From positions 1 to 53,738 of IMG/VR virus record IMGVR_UViG_3300020578_000107: a stretch of 53,738 nucleotides of DNA; one strand, 5' to 3'. The translations under genes were made by a program, and so were the position numbers. Numbering within the stretch: the stretch's first letter is position 1; each line of letters opens with the position of its first letter. A model generated the notes under the pieces. That model worked only from the letters and a program-made list of their open reading frames with translations, ran no database searches and was not told the DNA's origin. Below, one piece after another: positions 1 to 8,200 of the stretch. Source of the stretch: a virus (taxonomy: Duplodnaviria; Caudoviricetes).

Positions 1-10
1 GTTCTACTAT

Positions 11-247
11 GTGTTCGACCTGATCGCATGTTCTGATTTTCGCAATGAAGAATTCGGTCGGATCTTTGATGCCTATGAGTATGAGCAATCAACGCAAATC
101 CTAGGGTTCATTAACTACTTGGGTATGACAGGTCAGTTAGATCTACCTGAGAACTTTGACCTGTTCGCTGATGTTGAAACTCTAGAGCAAGCAGTAGAGA
201 AGTGGAATGATTATCAGGACTTGATGAACACTTCCACGCTGGCATAG
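11..247 (+). CDS. hypothetical acidic phage protein (possibly 5'-truncated by the window edge)
   Basis: 78-aa ORF; frame is open back to position 2; no recognisable motif. Confidence 0.6.
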   Translation: MFDLIACSDFRNEEFGRIFDAYEYEQSTQILGFINYLGMTGQLDLPENFDLFADVETLEQAVEKWNDYQDLMNTSTLA

Positions 248-326
248 GTAACAACAAAGGGGAATGAGATGCGCCTCTATAAAGACACTCACTGTTCCAC
301 ACTTATTCTAACATAAAACACGAAAA

Positions 327-452
327 ATGTCCAAGTCTGTGATGCTTTCTCTTCTTGCTCAGGGTAACACTGGCAGCGAGATTCTGTCGATTCTTGATAC
401 TCTCGCTGCTGAATCTGTGAGTGATACTGAGGAGAGCACTATCGAGTTCTGA
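327..452 (+). CDS. small acidic peptide MSKSVMLSLLAQGNTGSEILSILDTLAAESVSDTEESTIEF (41 aa)
   Basis: Read by hand: ATG327-TGA452, A-rich leader, followed directly by a terminator-like hairpin. Confidence 0.7.
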   Translation: MSKSVMLSLLAQGNTGSEILSILDTLAAESVSDTEESTIEF

Positions 453-467
453 TTGTTAACAACTGTG

Positions 468-497
468 CGTCCCCTGGTTGACACTGGGGGGCGTTTA
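468..497 (+). terminator. GC-rich hairpin (CGTCCCCTGG-ttgaca-CTGGGGGGCG) with short T tail; probable intrinsic terminator
   Basis: 10-bp stem including G-U pairs, just after the 327-452 ORF, followed by TTTA. Confidence 0.5.
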
Positions 498-506
498 TGT
501 TATACT
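478..506 (+). promoter_or_regulatory. sigma70-type promoter TTGACA-N17-TATACT
   Basis: Perfect -35 (478-483), 17-bp spacer, TG at 498-499 giving an extended -10, TATACT (501-506). Confidence 0.8.
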
Positions 507-512
507 CGTAGA

Positions 513-640
513 TATCAGTGCGGGCCAGTGTTTTGCCGCCCGTTGTTGATGGCGTCGTGGCGGCGTTGCGTTAATTAACCCCCGTATTAAAAAAAGCAAA
601 CATCCCTAATCTATAACAACTCCGTACCACGGCATCGATA
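513..640 (+). ncRNA. candidate structured non-coding RNA (or origin primer RNA)
   Basis: ORF-free, GC-rich, directly after a consensus promoter; hairpin 520-525/538-543 and a long imperfect stem 544-568/617-640 with G-U pairs. Confidence 0.4.
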
Positions 641-674
641 TATTTCTCTTATAAAAAAATTTTCCGGAATTATA

Positions 675-828
675 ATGAGACACAAAAACCCCCCGCCACC
701 CCTATTGGAACTTTTGGAAGGTTGTTTTTGTTGGTTGGTTAATACGACATCCCGATAAGGTTTTCCGAATCATTGGAATACCTATTGGGATTCTTATTGT
801 AATGATATATAATGCGGTAATCAAATAA
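675..828 (+). pseudogene. small membrane protein gene broken by a +1 frameshift in a homopolymer run (repaired: MRHKNPRHPYWNFWKVVFVGWLIRHPDKVFRIIGIPIGILIVMIYNAVIK)
   Basis: ATG675 is out of frame with a hydrophobic frame ending at TAA826-828; removing one base from the A5/C6 run (684-694) or C4 run (699-702) joins them. Confidence 0.55.
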
Positions 829-864
829 AAGAGTTAGAAAAAATTTCCCGGAAAAAAAATTTAT

Positions 865-1056
865 ATGGAAAAGATTTATCACATATATGCAAAGGATAAG
901 TGTATATCTCATTCAGTAAAAGAAGAAGACTTTGATAAGGTTTGGAAAGAGATAAAAGGTATGATTGGTCTTATGAAAACTGACTATTCAGTAGAGGATC
1001 TTTCTTATGAGGAAGTGGTCATAAACAAAGAAGTAATACTTAACTCTTCCCATTGA
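865..1056 (+). CDS. hypothetical protein
   Basis: 63-aa ORF with ATG start on the coding strand. Confidence 0.75.
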   Translation: MEKIYHIYAKDKCISHSVKEEDFDKVWKEIKGMIGLMKTDYSVEDLSYEEVVINKEVILNSSH

Positions 1057-1082
1057 CAAACACATATATAAACTGATAAAAT
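1053..1082 (+). promoter_or_regulatory. sigma70-type promoter TTGACA-N18-TAAAAT (extended TGn -10)
   Basis: TTGACA 1053-1058, TAAAAT 1077-1082, ATG at 1107. Confidence 0.65.
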
Positions 1083-1106
1083 TGATTTTGAAGGTTATTT
1101 CAACTT

Positions 1107-1874
1107 ATGGCAAAAGGATTTACTGTTAAAGCAACTGCACCAAAGCCCAGTGAACAGACATGGGACTATGATGCAATTAAAGAAAGGATGCGAGGAAAGT
1201 CAATTGTATTCTGCCTGCCTGGTAGAGGATGCTCGTTTATTTTTCTGAAAGCATTTGTACAACTATGCTTTGATATGGTACAGAATGGAATGAGTATTCA
1301 AATTTCTCAGGACTATTCTTCTATGGTGAACTTTGCACGTTGTAAGGTACTTGGTGCAAATGTTCTTCGTGGACCAAAGCAAATTCCTTGGGATGGAAAA
1401 CTGCAATATGATTATCAACTTTGGATTGACTCGGATATTGTCTTTGACACTAACAAGTTCTGGCAACTCTGTGATCTTGCTCTGAATGAAGAAGGAGAAG
1501 AGAAGGAGATTGTTGCTGGATGGTATGCAACAGAAGATGGTCACACAACCTCTGTCGCACACTGGTTAGAAGAAGATGACTTCCGCAAGAATGGCGGGGT
1601 GATGAATCATGAAACCGTTGAGTCTATCTCAAAGCGTCGGAAGCCATTTACTGTGGATTACACTGGATTTGGTTGGGTTCTGATTAAGAATGGCGTCTTT
1701 GAAAATCTCGAATACCCTTGGTTTGCTCCTAAGATGCAAGTCTTTGAATCTGGTGCAGTTCAAGATATGTGTGGAGAAGATGTTTCATTCTGTCTTGATG
1801 CAAAAGAGGCAGGTTTTGAAATTTGGTGCGATCCTCGGATTCGAGTGGGACATGAAAAAACTCGCGTAATCTGA
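1107..1874 (+). CDS. glycosyltransferase-like protein (GT-A fold)
   Basis: DxD motif WIDSDIVF, TGFGWVLIK, GEDVSFC and C-terminal RVGHEK, typical of GT2-like enzymes. Confidence 0.75.
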   Translation: MAKGFTVKATAPKPSEQTWDYDAIKERMRGKSIVFCLPGRGCSFIFLKAFVQLCFDMVQNGMSIQISQDYSSMVNFARCKVLGANVLRGPKQIPWDGKLQYDYQLWIDSDIVFDTNKFWQLCDLALNEEGEEKEIVAGWYATEDGHTTSVAHWLEEDDFRKNGGVMNHETVESISKRRKPFTVDYTGFGWVLIKNGVFENLEYPWFAPKMQVFESGAVQDMCGEDVSFCLDAKEAGFEIWCDPRIRVGHEKTRVI

Positions 1875-1904
1875 TTAAACATTATATAAAGGAGAAAAGA
1901 TTAA

Positions 1905-2045
1905 ATGGCAAAAGGTGGATCTAACAAAGTAGTATTTGAGCCTGGTACTCCTAAGAAGACTCGTCAGGGACGTTCATCACGTACATTATTGAGTGCAACG
2001 TCTCGTAATGGACGTAAGAAAAAATATCGTGGTCAAGGTAAATAA
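1905..2045 (+). CDS. small, very basic protein (46 aa) ending in KKKYRGQGK
   Basis: Read by hand: AAGGAG SD at 1889-1894, ATG1905, TAA2043-2045, terminator follows. Confidence 0.85.
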   Translation: MAKGGSNKVVFEPGTPKKTRQGRSSRTLLSATSRNGRKKKYRGQGK

Positions 2046-2053
2046 TAATATTC

Positions 2054-2087
2054 AGAGTGCTTAAATAGACTTAGGCACTCTTTTTTT
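2054..2087 (+). terminator. rho-independent terminator AGAGTGCTTAA-atagac-TTAGGCACTCT-TTTTTT
   Basis: 11-bp stem plus T-tract; TAAATA late-promoter core at 2062-2067 spans the stem top and loop. Confidence 0.8.
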
Positions 2088-2612
2088 ATGTTTTCAGAAA
2101 AAGAACTTCATATTTTAAATTGGATTCAAAAAGTTTCGAAAATTAGAACTGAATTAAAAGGTTTTGCAATTTGTCCTTTTGCAGCAAAGTCAAAATATCG
2201 CATTGTAGAGTGCTCTGCAAGCGCCATAGAGCCCATTCAAGACATGGATGTGGTAATCTACATCATAGAAGATGCATTTAATCTCAATGAGGTTCAGCAA
2301 TGGGTTGGTGTTTGCAATTCAAAGTATGAAGGATGGAAGTTTTTTGAAGATTGTGGTGCATATAAGACATACATTAATGGGATTCAGACAAACAATGGTA
2401 AATATAACTTGATTTTAGGGCAACCAACTAAGAAATTGCGTAAATTTAGAGAAAACTTAGCAAAAACATCATACTATGAGATGTGGGATAAGAACTATTT
2501 GAAGGAAATACTTGAAGATGATTATGATATCATTGAAACACGGGATAGCAACCCCGTAAAAAGTTCTGATTTAACAAATCAGGAGCAAAACAATGACCAA
2601 ACAAGTCGATAA
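2088..2612 (+). CDS. hypothetical protein with ICPFA motif (weak resemblance to DUF1415)
   Basis: 174-aa ORF; family resemblance rests only on the N-terminal CPFA motif. Confidence 0.7.
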   Translation: MFSEKELHILNWIQKVSKIRTELKGFAICPFAAKSKYRIVECSASAIEPIQDMDVVIYIIEDAFNLNEVQQWVGVCNSKYEGWKFFEDCGAYKTYINGIQTNNGKYNLILGQPTKKLRKFRENLAKTSYYEMWDKNYLKEILEDDYDIIETRDSNPVKSSDLTNQEQNNDQTSR

Positions 2613-2841
2613 AGACGAAACTTTTATGAAAAATGAGTGGGGAACTCAGTATTTGTCAAGTGAATATGGTTGGGAGACTAAAATTCAGAAGCCAAAAATG
2701 CTTCGTGAGATCGCAAATGATGATTTGACTCCCAAAAAACACGATTTTTATCATCAAAATGAAATTCATGAAAAAATTCGCAATGATGAGGACTATGATG
2801 ATTGGGAATATGGCACAGAACCGCTTTATGAATCTAAATAA
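2593..2841 (+). CDS. hypothetical acidic protein
   Basis: AGGAG SD at 2581-2585; 82-aa ORF. Confidence 0.8.
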   Translation: MTKQVDKDETFMKNEWGTQYLSSEYGWETKIQKPKMLREIANDDLTPKKHDFYHQNEIHEKIRNDEDYDDWEYGTEPLYESK

Positions 2842-2847
2842 CGCTAA

Positions 2848-2853
2848 TAAATA
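2848..2853 (+). promoter_or_regulatory. T4-type late promoter core (TAAATA) for the baseplate operon
   Basis: AATAAATA in the intergenic gap 30 nt upstream of gp25; gp55 is encoded in this window. Confidence 0.6.
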
Positions 2854-2882
2854 ATATAGATTTTATAAAATTTATAAATTTT

Positions 2883-3284
2883 ATGCCTGTCGAACGGGTA
2901 AGTAAAGGTTTTAAAGATTTAAGTATGACTTTTCAGGTTAATCCTGTTAGTTTTGACATGATTGCAATTAAAAATGAAAATGCAATTGCCCGTTCAATCA
3001 GAAATTTGGTTTTTACTCTTCCCGGAGAAAGATTTTTTAATCAAAATTTGGGATCAAGAGTAACTCAATCTCTTTTTGAGAATATGGATGGCATTAATGC
3101 ATCTATCATTAGAGATGAAATTGAAAATACAATCAAAAATTATGAGCCAAGAGTGAAGTTAATAGATGTAATCGTAGAACCTAATTACGATGATAATGAA
3201 TTTAATGTGATCATAAACTTTCGTATTATTGGAATTGAAGCTCTTCCACAACAATTATCATTCGCACTGCAGCCAACACGATAA
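2883..3284 (+). CDS. gp25: baseplate wedge / sheath initiator, T4 gp25-like
   Basis: AIARSIRNLVFTLPGERFFN..GS and IKNYEPRV motifs; directly upstream of gp6. Confidence 0.92.
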   Translation: MPVERVSKGFKDLSMTFQVNPVSFDMIAIKNENAIARSIRNLVFTLPGERFFNQNLGSRVTQSLFENMDGINASIIRDEIENTIKNYEPRVKLIDVIVEPNYDDNEFNVIINFRIIGIEALPQQLSFALQPTR

Positions 3285-5200
3285 TGGCATTAGTTAATTT
3301 CACAAGTCTAGATTTTGATCAAATAAAGACTTCGATCCGTGAGTATCTCAGATCGAATTCTGATTTTACTGACTATGATTTTGAAGGATCAAATCTTTCA
3401 GTATTAATTGATATTCTAGCATATAACACATATATCTCCTCATATAATGCTAATATGATTAGCAATGAGGTTTTTATTGATAGCGCAACACTGAGAGAAA
3501 ATGTAGTTGCTCTTGCTAGAAATATTGGTTATGTTCCCAAATCCAGAACAGCAGCAAGGGCATCAATTTCATTCTTTGTAGATACTACAAACTTCTCCAT
3601 AAAACCACTTACTTTAACATTAAATAAAGGTGTTGTATGTGCATCGGCAAATGTGTTTGGAAATGAAAGTTATAGTTTTGCTATTCCAAATGATATAACA
3701 GTTCCAGTTACTAATGGAATTGCTTTTTTTGAGGGTGTCGAAATTTATGAGGGAACATTTTTAACTTCAAACTTTGTAGTCCCCTCTGGTACATCTTTTG
3801 AAACCCAAAGATACATTCTTGATAATGCAAACATTGATACATCAACTATTTCAGTAACAGTCAGAGACACCCAATCAAGTACATATTCTAGAAAATTTGT
3901 TTTATCCAATAATTTACTTTCGGTAAATTCAAAATCAAGAGTATTCTTTATACAAGAAATAGAAGATCAAAGATATGAGTTAATTTTTGGTGATGGTATA
4001 TTTGGGGAAAAACTATCTGCTTTAAATTATATTAATGCCTCTTACATTATTACGAGTGGAGAATCAGGAAATGGAATATCTTCATTTACATTCAATGGTA
4101 GAATTGTAGACAATAACAATGGTCTCGTCACTAATGGAATTTCTCTGGTAACAACAAATACTGCATCTCAGGGAGGAAAAGAAATTGAATCCTTGGATTC
4201 AATTAAAAAGTATGCTCCAAGAGTTTATTCATCTCAAAATCGCGCAGTAACTGCAATGGATTATGAAACCATTATACCAAGAATTTATCCAGAAACTCAA
4301 TCAGTATCAGTATTTGGTGGAGAAGATCTAGATCCACCTCAGTTTGGAAAGGTGTTCATTACTATCAAACCATCTTCTGGGTCATACATTCCAAGTTCAA
4401 TAAAAGATAATTTAAAAAAAGAACTTAGAAAATATAGTGTTGCGGGAATTGTTCCAGAAATTCTTGACATAAAATACCTTTATGTTGAAGCTGACATTAC
4501 TGCCTACTACAATCCCAATCTTGCACCAAATTCAGAGTATGTTAAAACTTTAATATCAAATAATATTAATTCATATACAAATTCTACTGAATTGAACCGC
4601 TACGGTGCGAAATTTAAATATAGCAAATTCCAAAAAATTATAGATGATAGTCATGAATCTATTACTTCTAATATTACAAAAATTCAAATTAGAAGAAATT
4701 TAAATCCAAATCTAAATCGGTTTGCTAATTATGAACTTTGTTATGGAAATTCTTTTCATATTAAGAGTATGGGAGGATATAATATAAAATCCTCTGGATT
4801 TACAATAAGTGGAATACAAGAAACTTGCCATCTATCAGATCTACCAAATTCGAATAAAAAGACAGGCACAATTTTTATATTTACGAACCCCGACTCAATT
4901 AATCCAGTAATTCAAAATAAATCAGTTGGAACCATAGATTATGAAAAAGGTGAGATTATACTTAATGAAATTCAAATAATATCTACATCAAAAACTTTTA
5001 ATGGAGAACCTATAATTGAAATTGCTGCGATTCCATCTTCGAATGATGTTATCGGAAAACAGGATCTTTATTTGGAACTAGATATTAATAACACAACCTT
5101 AAACATGAAAATTGATGATATTTCTTCTGGTGCAGATATTTCTGCATCTTTATATGATTCCACCATAAGTTACACAAACGGTAGTCGCGTAAGAAAATAA
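3284..5200 (+). CDS. gp6: baseplate wedge subunit, T4 gp6-like
   Basis: LDFDQIK..FTDYDFEGSNLSVLIDILAYNT, FGDG, QNRAVTAMDY motifs. Confidence 0.95.
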   Translation: MALVNFTSLDFDQIKTSIREYLRSNSDFTDYDFEGSNLSVLIDILAYNTYISSYNANMISNEVFIDSATLRENVVALARNIGYVPKSRTAARASISFFVDTTNFSIKPLTLTLNKGVVCASANVFGNESYSFAIPNDITVPVTNGIAFFEGVEIYEGTFLTSNFVVPSGTSFETQRYILDNANIDTSTISVTVRDTQSSTYSRKFVLSNNLLSVNSKSRVFFIQEIEDQRYELIFGDGIFGEKLSALNYINASYIITSGESGNGISSFTFNGRIVDNNNGLVTNGISLVTTNTASQGGKEIESLDSIKKYAPRVYSSQNRAVTAMDYETIIPRIYPETQSVSVFGGEDLDPPQFGKVFITIKPSSGSYIPSSIKDNLKKELRKYSVAGIVPEILDIKYLYVEADITAYYNPNLAPNSEYVKTLISNNINSYTNSTELNRYGAKFKYSKFQKIIDDSHESITSNITKIQIRRNLNPNLNRFANYELCYGNSFHIKSMGGYNIKSSGFTISGIQETCHLSDLPNSNKKTGTIFIFTNPDSINPVIQNKSVGTIDYEKGEIILNEIQIISTSKTFNGEPIIEIAAIPSSNDVIGKQDLYLELDINNTTLNMKIDDISSGADISASLYDSTISYTNGSRVRK

Positions 5201-5205
5201 AAAAC

Positions 5206-8200
5206 ATGGTAGTTACAAGAATCAAAATTAGTTCAGTTGTTGAAAATCAACTTCCATCTTTTGTAAGAGATGAATTTCCACTTGTAAATGAATTTTTATC
5301 TGAATATTATAGTTCACTTGAATATCAAGGTGGTGTATTAGATCTTTTGCAAAATATAGATCGATACATTAAATTAGATCAACTTACTAATCTTGTAGAT
5401 TCCACAACGATTACATCTGAAATTAATCTTGGCGATGCCACAATAAATGTACAATCGACAAAAGGATTTCCGGATTCTTATGGATTATTAAAAATTGGGT
5501 CCGAAATTATTACGTACAAATCCAAAACCAATACTTCATTTAATGAATGTGTTAGAGGATTTAGTGGGGTAATTTCTCACCAAAATCCATTAAAACCAGA
5601 TAATTTGATTTTTACAACATCAGCAAGAGAAGAACATGTGAATGGTTCTTCTGTTTTGAATTTAAGTATTTTATTTTTAAAAGAATTTTATAAAAAAGTA
5701 AAAAAACAATTTTCGCCAGGATTTGATGAAAGAGATTTATTTTCAAATTTAAATCAGAGTCTTTTTATAAAGCAAGCGAAGGACTTTTATTCTTCAAAAG
5801 GGACCGACCAATCCTTTGAAATTCTTTTTAGATCTTTATATGGAGAAGATGTTGAGGTAATTAAACCAAGAGATTATTTGTTTACTCCATCGGATGCACA
5901 ATATAGAATTACAAAAGATTTGATTGTAGAAGAAATTGAAGGTAATCCTTTTGATCTTCTCAACAGAACTCTTTATCAAGATGAAGATTCTTATTTTAAA
6001 TCGACTTTTGGATCGGTTAATAATGTTGAGAAAGTATCTAGGGGTGGAAAAGATTATTATGCTATTAGTTTAGATTATGATCCCAATGTAGATTTAGAAA
6101 AAGATTCTCAACGTTCTGATTTTTCTATTCACTCACAAACAAAATTAGTTACATCTTGCTCAATTGGATCAGATGTTATAGATGTTGATTCTACAATAGG
6201 ATTTCCAAATTCTGGATTTTTAGTTGCAGATTTATCTAACGGAACATCTCTTACCATTTCATACACATCAAAGTCATACACACAATTTTATGGATGTACT
6301 GGAATAGATCAGGAGTTAATTTCTGGGCAAAATATTAGAATTAATTCATATGCCTATGGATTTGTTGGATCAGACGTTGTTAAAGTAAGAGTCACCGGAG
6401 TTTTATCTAATTTAAATTATGGTGTTGATACCAAGTATCATGATGAAGGAGAGTCTATTCAAATAAAAACTATTGGAAAAGATTCTAATGATGTAAGAGC
6501 AAATAACTGGATTTTTAATATTGCCACAACATATGATATTGACACTCTAACATTAACAGATTTAGTAAATTTTTCTTATAGAATTGTAACAATAGATAAT
6601 CATAGCATATATGTTGGGGATAGTGTAAAGTTAATTTTCACCGATAGTACCGAAGTAGTATCTTCGGTAGTTGAAGTTTTAAATCAAAAATCTTTCATTA
6701 TTGCAGATCAAGGACAAATTGACGTAAACAAAAAATATAAGGTTCAAAAATTAATATCCAAGACAAATGCTTTAAATTTTTCATCATCTAATATTTACAG
6801 CACTAATGTACAGAATACATATCAAGATGGAAAAAACTCTTTTTATGTAACTTCATCTTCTCTACCAAGTTACTTGAATCAGTCATTATTGGTAAAAGAT
6901 AGGTCTGTAACTTTCTCCGGATTCTTTAATGGTGTAGATTTAGTAATCGGAAATCATGGATTCTATACAGGAGATGCTGTTTTTTATTCTGCAGAGTCAG
7001 TCTCTAATAGTCTAGGTATTCAAGATCAAATTTATTTTGTCAATAGAGTAAATTCAACAACAATTAATTTATCTAGAAGTAGATCTAACCTTTACGAAGA
7101 CAAATTTATTTCATTTAATGCTACTGTCACAAATAATAAATTAGTTTTTAATGATTTTTATAACCAAACTCTTGATAATCAAAAATTAGTAAGAAATATT
7201 TTATCGCCAGAAATTGCGTCAAATTCTACTGAGACCTCCCCAGGACCGATAGGAATTTTAGTTAATGGAGTTGAAATATTAAATTATAAATCAAGAGACA
7301 GTCTTTTTTATGGACCATTGGAGGAGATAAATGTTTTATCTCCTGGATCAAATTATGATGTTATAAATCCTCCCATTCTTTCAATATCAGACCCTGTTGG
7401 ATTTGGAGCAACTGGATTTTGTGAAGTTGAAGGGGAGTTTGAAGAAATACAAGTTATTGATGGTGGTTTTGATTACATAACAGAACCTGTAATTAGTGTT
7501 ACTGGTGGTTCTGGGTCGGGAGTTCAAGCAAAGGCTCAACTCATTGATTTTAGTCATGCTGTTTCTTTTAATGCAACATCTTTCGGAGATGTTAATCTCA
7601 CCAATGACACAATTACATTTTCAAATAACCACAAATTTAGAAATGGTGAAGTAGTTATCTATGACCCAGAAGGTCAACAGTCTGTTGGTGGATTGAGCAC
7701 AAATTCCACTTATTATATCTCAACGCAAACAGAAAAGCAGATAAAAATTCATACTAATGCAAATGATGCACTTACAAATACAAATCCAATAAATCTCACC
7801 TCATATGGTGTTGGTAATCATAGACTTATTTCGGTTCAATTAAAGAAAAAGATTTCTTCTGTTATACTAACTAATAAAGGAACAAAGTATAAGAATAGAA
7901 AAATTTCAATAAGTCCAGTAGGAATTAATACATTTTCAAATATAATTGAAGCAAAAAACCATGGATATTCAACGGGAGATATAATTGTTTATTCCACAAC
8001 CGGCAGTGAAATTGGTGGGTTGCAAAATGGAAAATCTTATTTTGTAACTTCTCTTGATGAAAATTCCTTTAAACTATCTAATGTTGGAACATCAAGCACT
8101 ATTGGAATAGGGTCAGCTATTGTTGGTGTATCAACTTCCCTAGATTTCTATTTTAAAAATAAACAGTATGTTAATCTCTCAGGTAAAGGAACAGGAAATC

